Source of the DNA: a virus
Length of the DNA stretch: 64,000 bases
IMG/VR virus record: IMGVR_UViG_3300027896_001999
Location: 2,470-66,469 of that record
Direction: 5' to 3' (one strand)
Shown in pieces: positions 55,701 through 64,000 of the stretch. Both the position numbers and the translations under genes were made by a program. The notes under the pieces were generated by a model. The model had not been told where the DNA came from and did not search any database. It saw nothing but the letters and a program-made list of their open reading frames with translations. The first letter of the stretch is position 1. Every line of letters starts with the position of its first letter.

Positions 55701-57541
55701 AAACATATTATGACTTCAGAAAAGATCCATTGATAGCAGTTGATATAGAGTCTAAAGACCCTATGTTGAAAGAGAAAGGACCTGGAGTGTACAGAAAAGA
55801 CGGATATGTGATTGGGTGTTCTTTTTCAAATGGACCAGTGTCCGAATACTGTCCTATAAAACATCCTGACACTACCACGGAAGAATCTGAAAAGAATCGT
55901 AAGTATATGGAAGAGCAGTTATCGGGGACCAACAGAAAAGTCTTTGCCAATGGCTTATACGACCTTGATTGGTTAATAAACTTCGAAGGATTCAAAGTCA
56001 ATGGTACGTATGAAGATGTACAAATAGCAGAACCAATACTTGATGAATACAGAAGATCCTACTCTTTGAATTCATTGTCGGGTATCTATTTACAAGATGC
56101 CAAAGGCTATTCCCCTATAAGAGAGTATTGTCTACAGCAAGGATGGAAGATGGGTCCTAAGGATCAAGGAATAAATCATCTATGGAAAATTCCCTCTACT
56201 GTGGTAGAAGACTATGCAAGAAAGGACTCGGAACTGACTTTAAAGATATTCAAACTACAAGAAGAAGCCTTAAAAGAAAAGCATTTAGATTTTATATACA
56301 ATATGGAAATGAAGCTATTTCCTCTTCTATTACAAATGAGAAAGAACGGAGTTCGTTTGAATATGGGGAAATTGACTAAGACAGGGTTGGCCTTGGCGGA
56401 CTTGGCTTATGATATTCAAGAAGAATTGGAAAAGATCGATGGATCAGAAGTGAATCCTAATTCGTCCAATGACTTAGAAAGAATATTTATGAAGCTCCAT
56501 CTCCCTGTGCATTACGGTGAACCAACAGACTTGATGATGATGAAAGGTCTTACCAGGGGAAATCCTCGTTTTGATAAGAATACTTTGAACAGAATAGATA
56601 ATCCCATCGTAAGAAAGATATTAGAGCTTCGCCATATAAAGACTCTCCTAAGTCTGTTCATAAATCAATACCCGGAGTTAGTGACGGACGACCGTCTTCA
56701 TTGTCAATTCAATCAATTAAGAAGTGATGAATATGGAACGGTGACAGGAAGGTTCTCTTCTTCTAATCCAAATCTACAACAAGTGAGTTCTAAAGAAGAA
56801 GAAGACTATCTCCATTCCAACAGTGAAATACTGAGTGGATTAGTTATAAGAAAGTTGTTTGAACCTGAAGAAGGTTGTGATTGGCTACAAGGTGACTGGA
56901 ATCAGATAGAGTACAGACTAATAGCACATTATGCTTTGGGGGAAGGTTCAGAAAAGATAAGGAAAAGATACAATGAAGATCCCAATACAGACTATCACAG
57001 TGAACTTGGAATTATGACGGGAATAACTAATAGAAAGACTATCAAGACTCTGAACTTCGGAGCGGCTTACTCTATGGGTGCAAGACGGATGGCAGAAACT
57101 TATAGTTGGGATCTTGAAGAAGCCCGAGAAGTCTATAAGATGTATCACGACAAAGTCCCATTCATAAAAGAGACCAGCAACAGAGTTGGTATGAAGGCAA
57201 AGAGAGTTGGCTTCATAAGAACCATATGCGGTAGAAAGGCAAGAATCCCTTCTGAAGACAAGTCGTATGTAATGTTCAATAGACTAATTCAAGGGAGTGC
57301 TGCTGATATTATGAAGAAGGCTATGGTAGACGCTTATGAGGCAGGAATATTTGAAACTTTGGCACCTCATTTAACCATTCATGATGAATTGGATTGTAGT
57401 ATCCCACGTACAAAGGAAGGGACCGAAGCCGGTAAAGAATTAAAGCACATAATGGAAAATTGCGTAAAACTAAAAGTTCCCATCATAGCCAATTTTAAAA
57501 TTGGTCCAAATTGGGGAGAACTAAAAAATTGGGAGGAGTAA
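55697..57541 (+). CDS. polA: DNA polymerase family A (3'-5' exonuclease plus polymerase)
   Basis: AVDIE, TGRFSSSNPNLQQ, DWNQIEYR, KTLNFG..Y.MG, N.LIQGSAAD..K, IHDE. Confidence 0.95.
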   Translation: MKTYYDFRKDPLIAVDIESKDPMLKEKGPGVYRKDGYVIGCSFSNGPVSEYCPIKHPDTTTEESEKNRKYMEEQLSGTNRKVFANGLYDLDWLINFEGFKVNGTYEDVQIAEPILDEYRRSYSLNSLSGIYLQDAKGYSPIREYCLQQGWKMGPKDQGINHLWKIPSTVVEDYARKDSELTLKIFKLQEEALKEKHLDFIYNMEMKLFPLLLQMRKNGVRLNMGKLTKTGLALADLAYDIQEELEKIDGSEVNPNSSNDLERIFMKLHLPVHYGEPTDLMMMKGLTRGNPRFDKNTLNRIDNPIVRKILELRHIKTLLSLFINQYPELVTDDRLHCQFNQLRSDEYGTVTGRFSSSNPNLQQVSSKEEEDYLHSNSEILSGLVIRKLFEPEEGCDWLQGDWNQIEYRLIAHYALGEGSEKIRKRYNEDPNTDYHSELGIMTGITNRKTIKTLNFGAAYSMGARRMAETYSWDLEEAREVYKMYHDKVPFIKETSNRVGMKAKRVGFIRTICGRKARIPSEDKSYVMFNRLIQGSAADIMKKAMVDAYEAGIFETLAPHLTIHDELDCSIPRTKEGTEAGKELKHIMENCVKLKVPIIANFKIGPNWGELKNWEE

Positions 57542-58215
57542 TGGAAAAAGTCAAATCGTGTCTTGTCACAACGAGTTTGGTTGGAGCTGTGAAATGGAGT
57601 ATGACCGCCCCAAATATCGTCATTAAAGACGACAGAGGTGGCGATGGTCATTTGACATGGAGGGAAAAGGCCATTAAAGATTTAGAAAACACTTTGAACA
57701 GAGTCAAAGGAACTTTCCCAAAAGAAGCCGAACAGGGAATGGTGTTTGAAAAAATGGTTTACAATAATGCCAATAAGGATAAGCTGACAGGAACAGAAAA
57801 ATTTCAAAGAGTGTGCAAGGAAGTGAAAGGGTATGAATTCTATAAGAAAGGTGGTATAGAAGAAACCATTCAAGGGGAAAAGTGTTATCTGTACGCAAAA
57901 TATGATGCCATAGTAAAACTGCCAGAAGTGAAGTTGAAAGATATAAAGACCACCGGTTCATACAGTCCTGGTAAGTACTTGAATGGGTTTCAGCATAAAT
58001 TGTATTGTCTTATTTCTGGGGCAAACGAGTTCGACTATGTGATCGCAGAGTGGCTTCAATACCCTGTAATCAAAGATATATACATAGAAAGATTCATAGT
58101 AGAAGACAGAGAAAAGATGAAGAATGAAGTGATAACAGAGATTGAAGAGTGTTTCAATGTAATTAAGGACCTGGAGTTATGGGAAACTTATAGAACAAAA
58201 TTTTGCTTGTATTAG
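57541..58215 (+). CDS. PD-(D/E)xK nuclease-like protein
   Basis: AKYDA...DIKTT...QH.LY. Confidence 0.72.
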   Translation: MEKVKSCLVTTSLVGAVKWSMTAPNIVIKDDRGGDGHLTWREKAIKDLENTLNRVKGTFPKEAEQGMVFEKMVYNNANKDKLTGTEKFQRVCKEVKGYEFYKKGGIEETIQGEKCYLYAKYDAIVKLPEVKLKDIKTTGSYSPGKYLNGFQHKLYCLISGANEFDYVIAEWLQYPVIKDIYIERFIVEDREKMKNEVITEIEECFNVIKDLELWETYRTKFCLY

Positions 58216-58230
58216 AAAGGAGATGGTGTC

Positions 58231-58521
58231 ATGAAAAAACTTTTAATTTTTATTAGTCTAACCATAGCCGTATCCGTATTCGCGGACAGAAGATCTTTCT
58301 TAGAAGGGTGGAATCAACAGATGAGGGACTACTATAAGTTATATAGTGGAGGGGACAATATAGATGAAAAACAATTATCTATTTGTCGCACCATCCTGAT
58401 TCAATGCCTAACAGAAGTTTCTTTTGTCCATGACAAGACACTTGAAGCTCAACTCGGGTCTACTTGTTTCGCAGAAGCAAGAGTCTGTGTTGGTTCCATT
58501 TATGCCAATACAATAAAATAA
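58231..58521 (+). CDS. Exported protein with signal peptide
   Basis: MKKLLIFISLTIAVSVFA-D; four Cys. Confidence 0.7.
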   Translation: MKKLLIFISLTIAVSVFADRRSFLEGWNQQMRDYYKLYSGGDNIDEKQLSICRTILIQCLTEVSFVHDKTLEAQLGSTCFAEARVCVGSIYANTIK

Positions 58522-58535
58522 AGAAAGAGGAACGA

Positions 58536-60176
58536 ATGAACGAAGAAAAGAATGTACCAAAATTATATCAACACCAAATAGATGCTCTAAAGTTTATAGA
58601 AGATAAAAGTATCTTCGCTCTCTTCATGGAGATGGGAACAGGGAAGACGAAGATCATCATAGAGAGAGCTCATGATCTATTCGTAAAAGGGAAAATCAAC
58701 TGTGTGATTATCATAAGCCCAAATGCGGTGAAAGAGCAATGGATAACGGAGCAGTTCCCTGAACATTGTCCTTCCGAAAATTGGACTGGATATGTTTGGG
58801 ACAAAATCAAATCTCAAAAGTCTAAAGATACTTATTCTATTGCTGGAAACAAGGAAAACAGTCTGTTTGTCCTGTCAGTCAACGTTGAGGCATTTCAGAC
58901 AGACAAGGTAGACCCCTTCATTAAGGAGATTCTTGCTAAGAAGAAGGTCTTTGTGGTAATAGACGAAAGTACAAGGATAAAGAGCGGTCGCAGAAAACCT
59001 GCGAAAGGCAAACGAGGTGGTGCGAAGAGAACTAATAAGATAATAGACCTGTTTAAGAATGTGCAGTATAAGGCTATTCTGACAGGTACCCCAACTCCTA
59101 ATAATCCGTTTGACCTATGGAGTCAGTTTGAGTTCTTGAAGTTTGACTTCTTTAGAATGGACCATTTTCTGTTCACCCATTACTATGGAATCATGGTACA
59201 GAAAGCAACCCAGGAAGGACGGAGATACACTACTGTCCTGGATGAAAAGACTTTTAATATTGTAAAGAGCCGGCTCAAGAAACATGAAAAGTTGACTCCG
59301 TCTATTGTAGAAGAGATATCCATTTCCTCTGGTATCAAGACGAAGGATATTATTCTTATTAACAATATGACCGTTTACAATGGGTACAAGAACTTGGAGG
59401 AACTCCGAAAGAAGATCGGCGAAATCACTTTCTTTGTGAAAAAGAAAGACTGCCTGGACCTGCCAGAAAAGGTCTACGAAAAGTTATATTGTAAAATGTC
59501 AGACAAACAGATGGATATCTATAAGACCTTGAAGAGTACGATGTACGCAGAATATATGGGATCGGAACTAACTGTGAATACAAAGATGGTGATGTATCTT
59601 CGTCTTCAGATGGTCACCGGTGGTCTTTTTCCGTATTCAAATTCTGTAATAAAAATAGATCAAGACGGAGAGGAATTCTTCGATTTTTCTTACGAGCACA
59701 AAAAAATAGAGAACAGCGTGAAGTTGAACGTCCTATTAGAAGATCTGGAAGAAGTGAGTGAGGAAACTTCCATAATCGTCTGGGCACGTTTCCGTGGGGA
59801 AATCGAGATGATTAATGATAGATTATTGGAAGCAGGATATAGCAGTGAGAAATATTATGGCGGTTCAAGCGGAGATGTGATTGACAGATTCAAAGCTGGG
59901 GAAACGAAGATCCTGGTGGCTAATCCGTTGAAGGGGGGAGAAGGGTTAAATCTTCAAATTGCCACTTTGCATTATTTTTATAGCAACTCATTCAAGGCAG
60001 ATAGCAGGCTCCAGGCTGAAGATAGAAGCCATCGTATTGGGCAAATGAATAAGGTTACTTATAAAGATATTCTGTGCAGAAATACCGTTGATGAGAGAAT
60101 ATACCAGGTGCTCAAAAATAAAGAGAATCTAATAAATTATTTCCGAACACGAAGCGACTCGGAAATCTTTGAATAG
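58536..60176 (+). CDS. SNF2-family helicase
   Basis: HQ, MEMGTGKT, IDES, LTGTP, DLP.K, GEGLNL, QAEDR.HRIGQ. Confidence 0.93.
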   Translation: MNEEKNVPKLYQHQIDALKFIEDKSIFALFMEMGTGKTKIIIERAHDLFVKGKINCVIIISPNAVKEQWITEQFPEHCPSENWTGYVWDKIKSQKSKDTYSIAGNKENSLFVLSVNVEAFQTDKVDPFIKEILAKKKVFVVIDESTRIKSGRRKPAKGKRGGAKRTNKIIDLFKNVQYKAILTGTPTPNNPFDLWSQFEFLKFDFFRMDHFLFTHYYGIMVQKATQEGRRYTTVLDEKTFNIVKSRLKKHEKLTPSIVEEISISSGIKTKDIILINNMTVYNGYKNLEELRKKIGEITFFVKKKDCLDLPEKVYEKLYCKMSDKQMDIYKTLKSTMYAEYMGSELTVNTKMVMYLRLQMVTGGLFPYSNSVIKIDQDGEEFFDFSYEHKKIENSVKLNVLLEDLEEVSEETSIIVWARFRGEIEMINDRLLEAGYSSEKYYGGSSGDVIDRFKAGETKILVANPLKGGEGLNLQIATLHYFYSNSFKADSRLQAEDRSHRIGQMNKVTYKDILCRNTVDERIYQVLKNKENLINYFRTRSDSEIFE

Positions 60177-60188
60177 GGGGAAATAGAT

Positions 60189-60671
60189 ATGATCTATGCG
60201 GAAGTGGTCAGTTTAAGGAAAGGGTACAAAAGAAAATCCATTGAATACGAAGTCAATGAGAATGGGTGCTGGATCTGTACGAGTCATTACTTAAGAGATG
60301 GGTATCCTCAAATAGAGTCAAATAGAGAAATGAAAAACTTGAACCGAGTCGTCTTAGAACGGTCTTTGGGGAGAAAGATAAAAGAAGGGTTTGGGGCTCT
60401 TCATAAATGTGGCAACAGAGTATGCATCAATCCAGATCACATCTATGAAGGTTCTCGTGAAGACAATGCAAGGGATTCTAAAAGACATGGTACTTTCGTA
60501 CAAGGAGAAGATCATCCAAAATCTAAGTTGACGGAAGCTCAGGTCTTAGAGATAAGAAAATCCATTTTGTCTGGACCGGAGTTGGGTAAGATTTATGGTG
60601 TGGGAAGAGGTTGCATCAATAATATCAAAAGAAGAGTCACATGGAAACATCTTAAGGATCAACCATCATGA
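60189..60671 (+). CDS. HNH homing endonuclease with C-terminal HTH
   Basis: GCW, LHKCGN..C.NP.H...G...N..D, GE.HP.SKLTE.QV.EIR. Confidence 0.88.
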   Translation: MIYAEVVSLRKGYKRKSIEYEVNENGCWICTSHYLRDGYPQIESNREMKNLNRVVLERSLGRKIKEGFGALHKCGNRVCINPDHIYEGSREDNARDSKRHGTFVQGEDHPKSKLTEAQVLEIRKSILSGPELGKIYGVGRGCINNIKRRVTWKHLKDQPS

Positions 60672-61021
60672 CCGAGAGCGAACTGTATCAGCATCATGTA
60701 AAACCTTATTGTAAGAAGTTGGGGATATTGTGCATTCGTTTCGAAAGTCCCGGAGTCCCTGACATCTATCTAAGTAAGAACAACAGAGTGATATGGGCAG
60801 AGATGAAATGCATAAACAATCCGCAAAGTTTGATCTGTCCGTCTTGGCGACCGGGTCAGCTTGCATGGATTAAGAAACATGAAGAATATGGTTGTTTCAA
60901 TATATGTTTGGTATTATTTTATTACGGTGGAATCTATGTACTACCACCGAAAGAATTTTATAACCAGGAGGAATTAGTATGTCAGAAGGAAATCTATTTG
61001 AAGATGCTAAAGAGGATTTGA
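60668..61021 (+). CDS. VRR-NUC/Holliday junction resolvase-like nuclease
   Basis: E..L, GVPD, W.E.K, RP.Q..W. Confidence 0.82.
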   Translation: MTESELYQHHVKPYCKKLGILCIRFESPGVPDIYLSKNNRVIWAEMKCINNPQSLICPSWRPGQLAWIKKHEEYGCFNICLVLFYYGGIYVLPPKEFYNQEELVCQKEIYLKMLKRI

Positions 61022-61530
61022 ACGGAGACTCTTTAAAAATCTTGTCAGATCTATGTGACAAGTATTTGAATCTAAAAAGAGGGATCGAAGAACGAGAAGA
61101 AGAACTAAAAACATGGAAGGAATCTTTAGAAGAAGTCTCAAGAATATCTATTCCCGCTATAATGAATAGCAGTGGACTGTCAGACGTTAGACTGGCCACG
61201 GGACAAAAGATAGAAGTGAGGGACAAGCTGAAGGCCAGCGTAACAGAATCAAATTACTCGCTGGCATATAGAAACATGACGAACGCAGAAGGAGGTGATG
61301 CAAATGCCACAAAGATCGTAGATTCATTATTCAAAAGTCAAGTAGTAATCGAAAACACTTCAGATGAAGTGCTCGAGTTGCTACTGGAAAACGACATACC
61401 ATATGAAACGAAACGGTCAATCCACTGGCAAACTCTCAACAAGTATTGTAGAGAGAAGCTGGACAAAGGTGAACCGATTCCGGAAGGTATATCAACATTC
61501 CAGTATCAAGAAACAACAATAAAAATTTAA
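60979..61530 (+). CDS. Conserved replication-module protein
   Basis: IP.IM...G....L..G, IH.QTL..Y..E....G..IP pattern, upstream of the SSB-like gene. Confidence 0.7.
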   Translation: MSEGNLFEDAKEDLNGDSLKILSDLCDKYLNLKRGIEEREEELKTWKESLEEVSRISIPAIMNSSGLSDVRLATGQKIEVRDKLKASVTESNYSLAYRNMTNAEGGDANATKIVDSLFKSQVVIENTSDEVLELLLENDIPYETKRSIHWQTLNKYCREKLDKGEPIPEGISTFQYQETTIKI

Positions 61531-61546
61531 AGAAAGGGAAAAATTT

Positions 61547-62293
61547 ATGGCACCAAAAACGAAGAATGAAGTGGCAGTAAGAACGGACACGAACTTAGAA
61601 ATCTTTGAAGGTATGGACTCAGGGTTTGAAAAGACTGATGCATCGACCTTTAAAACACCATTCTTAAAGGTTCTCCAGGCGATGAGCCCTGAGCTAAAAA
61701 AGAGCGACCCAAAGTATGTATCTGAGGCAGAACAGGGCGATTTCTGTAATTCGGCTACTCAACAGATATACAAAGATATCGATGTGGTCGTTCTGAAGGT
61801 AGAACATACTCTTGTTGCATGGAAGCCCGATAGAGGTGGGTTCATGGGAAGGTATTCTAAGTCCAGGGAAGAGGAGATAGTAAAGGATAAAGAAGGACTA
61901 AAGAAATGGGATGCTGACGGAAATAACATCGTCGATACAATAGAATTTTATTGTATGAATATTAACGACCCAACAGACATCTTCATTTTCCCAATGTCTA
62001 CTGCTTCTCTTAAACATGCAAAGTCTTTCGCTACCAGATTACGTCTATTAAAGTCTGATGGCAAGCCGGTCAATGTATCCTGGGCGGGAGTTTGGAAAAT
62101 TTCAACTGCCGAAGACTCTAATGAAAAGGGAACCTGGTACACGTTGGGTTCTACCCCGGAGTTTATGAGGTTCATTACAAAAGAGGAACGAGATACGATG
62201 GTGGTCCCGGCAAAAGAAATGCTTAAGACAGCCGAAACAGATTACTCTGCGTTGGCCGATGGTCATGAAGAGAAGGAAGGTCCTTCTTTTTAA
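61547..62293 (+). CDS. Single-stranded DNA-binding protein (putative)
   Basis: GFE......PFLK.LQ.MSP, W.P...GG, M....LK..K, N.KG.W, acidic tail ending in F. Confidence 0.75.
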   Translation: MAPKTKNEVAVRTDTNLEIFEGMDSGFEKTDASTFKTPFLKVLQAMSPELKKSDPKYVSEAEQGDFCNSATQQIYKDIDVVVLKVEHTLVAWKPDRGGFMGRYSKSREEEIVKDKEGLKKWDADGNNIVDTIEFYCMNINDPTDIFIFPMSTASLKHAKSFATRLRLLKSDGKPVNVSWAGVWKISTAEDSNEKGTWYTLGSTPEFMRFITKEERDTMVVPAKEMLKTAETDYSALADGHEEKEGPSF

Positions 62294-62330
62294 ATTTTAA
62301 AGAATAAGTATAGTGGTTAAGAAATAAAGG

Positions 62331-62369
62331 AAGAGCCCTTCACACAGAATGGAGGGCTCATTCTTTTTT
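62331..62369 (+). terminator. Intrinsic terminator after the SSB-like gene
   Basis: GAGCCCTTCA-CACAGAA-TGGAGGGCTC then ATTCTTTTTT. Confidence 0.7.
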
Positions 62370-62512
62370 ACTATACATATCAATAAATAAAGGTTTTATT
62401 TTTAGCGTAATACCCTTATGAGCGGGAACTTTATAAAACCTTGCTGGGAGTCACCGGTGCTGTATAAAACGGTATTAAATAGGGTAAAAGACCGGTTTTA
62501 ACACTTTACAGG
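62362..62512 (+). repeat. 151-bp non-coding element, copy 2
   Basis: Inverted near-identical copy of 14032-14182. Confidence 0.95.
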
Positions 62513-62532
62513 TAAAAAATACAAATAATGGA

Positions 62533-62943
62533 GTGAACGTGATGAAAGACGAAAGACGAAAGATGAAAGAAAAAATAAGGACAATTCAATTGAAATTGTC
62601 TAAGCATTTTAATAATAACAGCAGAAAAGAAATTTCTCTTATTAGAAAAATGTATAATGAAGAATTACAAAAGTACGTTAAGAATGTAGAAGATCTGTAT
62701 AAGAACAAGCTTCAAAATCTAATGGACATAAATTCAAGACTTCGTGTAGAAAATTCAGAACTACGAAAATGCTATAAGCTGTACAGACAATTGAAAGAAG
62801 AACACGAAAGAGTGGCTTCTGTCTTTGATACAACTTTTTTAAGAAATGAATTGAATAAATTCATTTCTATAATAGATAAGACAAAGGATAAGATAGATCT
62901 ATTAGACTATAAAGACAGTAAGTTGAAACTCCCCTCACAATAG
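62533..62943 (+). CDS. Coiled-coil protein
   Basis: Lys/Glu/Leu heptads; AT-rich; last rightward ORF. Confidence 0.6.
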   Translation: MNVMKDERRKMKEKIRTIQLKLSKHFNNNSRKEISLIRKMYNEELQKYVKNVEDLYKNKLQNLMDINSRLRVENSELRKCYKLYRQLKEEHERVASVFDTTFLRNELNKFISIIDKTKDKIDLLDYKDSKLKLPSQ

Positions 62944-63429
62944 AAATCTGTCTGTGTCTCTGATCTCTAATCTTATAGACTCTCTATTGTCTAACCAGAA
63001 CCCTGTCGCAGACACAAGATCAGCATATGCGTTTACAGAATCAGAAAGAAAAGCGGATTCTTTGCTATTGTTATTCACCATATTCCCAACAAGAACACAT
63101 CCATCTGTGTCTTTCTCTATATTCCCTGGGTGAAAAAGAATACTACTAAAATTAAGAACGTTCATTATTTCAAGAACTCCGTATTTCTCTGTGAACGATC
63201 TTATTATTTCAATTTTTGATTTAAGAAGGGTTTCATATACTCTTCCGCCTTTACGAGGAATTACATCGTAAAATCCTGCAGGTATACGAGTTTCCCCCGT
63301 CTTCTTCACCTCTCTAAATTCATCTTCAAGTGTATATACATATTTTATATCAGAAAGATGATTTCTAAAATACAGTAGACCAAGAGTATCGTTTTTATTA
63401 TCGTAATACCGGGGAAGAAAGAGTTTCAT
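62935..63429 (-). CDS. DUF5675-like protein (endolysin candidate)
   Basis: T.G.L...YTLED....K..GETRIPAG.Y, V.NF..IL.HPGN...DT.GC.LVG. Confidence 0.8.
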   Translation of the reverse strand: MKLFLPRYYDNKNDTLGLLYFRNHLSDIKYVYTLEDEFREVKKTGETRIPAGFYDVIPRKGGRVYETLLKSKIEIIRSFTEKYGVLEIMNVLNFSSILFHPGNIEKDTDGCVLVGNMVNNNSKESAFLSDSVNAYADLVSATGFWLDNRESIRLEIRDTDRFLL

Positions 63430-63807
63430 TTAGGGCTTCCTTATAGTGTCTTGCACCAAATCAATGGTATCTATAGTTTTCTTATTTTCTTTTATATAGA
63501 CCTCTTGTATATTGGTAGCAGAATACTCAATTTGAAGAGCCATGTAATAGGTTTGAACAGTGAGTAATTCCGTGTCTGCAGAGTTTATGACAATAGTGAT
63601 ACTGCCCACTATTGGGTCATTCACAGTTATTCCGGAAGACAGTGTCTTTGTCAAGACTGCGGATATATCTGGATCGTCTTGGTATATCTTTAACATGAAG
63701 CGAACAGCTGGGGCACCCGCAAGATTAGTCACAACAACTTTATTGTAATCAAGAATTGGCCCAACGACCAATTTCATGTAGTTCCCTTTCCTAAGATTCA
63801 TAACCAT
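63430..63807 (-). CDS. BppU N-terminal-like virion protein
   Basis: L.GA...F.LK, I...DP..G.I.I.I.S.DT..L....YY...Q. Confidence 0.6.
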   Translation of the reverse strand: MVMNLRKGNYMKLVVGPILDYNKVVVTNLAGAPAVRFMLKIYQDDPDISAVLTKTLSSGITVNDPIVGSITIVINSADTELLTVQTYYMALQIEYSATNIQEVYIKENKKTIDTIDLVQDTIRKP

Positions 63808-63952
63808 ATTCTCCTGACAATTCTGTGACTTCTATTATCTCCCCTTCAAGTTCCGCAACCTCTACTATTTCTGCTTCTAATGGCAATAAGAAATCCGTTC
63901 GTACAGGGGCTTGCCCACCTCCGGTCAACCAACCTTTGCTTGCAGTAATCAT
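63791..63952 (-). CDS. Small late protein (MITASKGWL...)
   Basis: ATG at 63952 follows the TAA of an upstream ORF (..GYECTSYLVTKD*) that runs off the right edge. Confidence 0.5.
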   Translation of the reverse strand: MITASKGWLTGGGQAPVRTDFLLPLEAEIVEVAELEGEIIEVTELSGEYGYES

Positions 63953-64000
63953 ATTTAGTCCTTTGTCACCAAATAACTGGTGCATTCATATCCTGAAAAA

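Larger units (their letters stand above)
1..64000. mobile_element. Near-complete myovirus-type bacteriophage genome
   Basis: Terminase, portal, capsid, sheath, tube, baseplate and replication genes in two divergent arms; no host genes or integrase seen; structural genes at both window ends lie on the same strand, consistent with a circular or permuted genome. Confidence 0.97.

Noticed and set aside
57541-58215. Cas4 or CRISPR-associated nuclease
   Set aside because: No Fe-S Cys pattern, array or other cas genes; treated as a generic PD-(D/E)xK nuclease
1-64000. Stop-codon reassignment
   Set aside because: Core genes are intact in the standard code and TAA, TGA and TAG all terminate well-coupled genes

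Overview
The window is most of one tailed-phage genome (contractile-tail myovirus), and both ends break inside the late structural/lysis block. Minus strand 1-35134 and 62935-64000: TerS/TerL (lambda gpA type), portal, MuF-like protein, prohead protease, acidic scaffold, major capsid, neck, sheath, tube, chaperone with a predicted -1 frameshift, short tape measure, baseplate, fibres, class 3 lipase and a DUF5675-like lysis candidate. Plus strand 35660-62943: early genes, a palindromic origin-like region, ligase, AEP primase, UvrD and SNF2 helicases, family A polymerase, nucleases, SSB and an 8-gene DNA base-hypermodification cluster. No integrase, RT or CRISPR array was seen. The most notable observations are: (1) a family of late proteins sharing a ~45-aa leader (LRKA..KAxEGQKKMIFG[RK]PFxYxGGKWVxDK) fused to unrelated cargoes, including an R-S-ExE ADP-ribosyltransferase and a DUF3626-like domain, with repeat-bounded and decayed copies, which suggests a modular capsid-loaded effector system; (2) a hypermodification cluster combining a cytosine-type (Asp) thymidylate synthase homologue, a 5-hmdU DNA kinase-like protein, two glycosyltransferases and two radical SAM enzymes; (3) non-coding structure, namely a tRNA-Leu-like RNA with hairpins inserted in its D and T loops, two covarying T-arm minihelices, a duplicated 151-bp element and a heptamer repeat that may act as a phase switch. 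All family calls come from motif recognition by eye; no database search was run.
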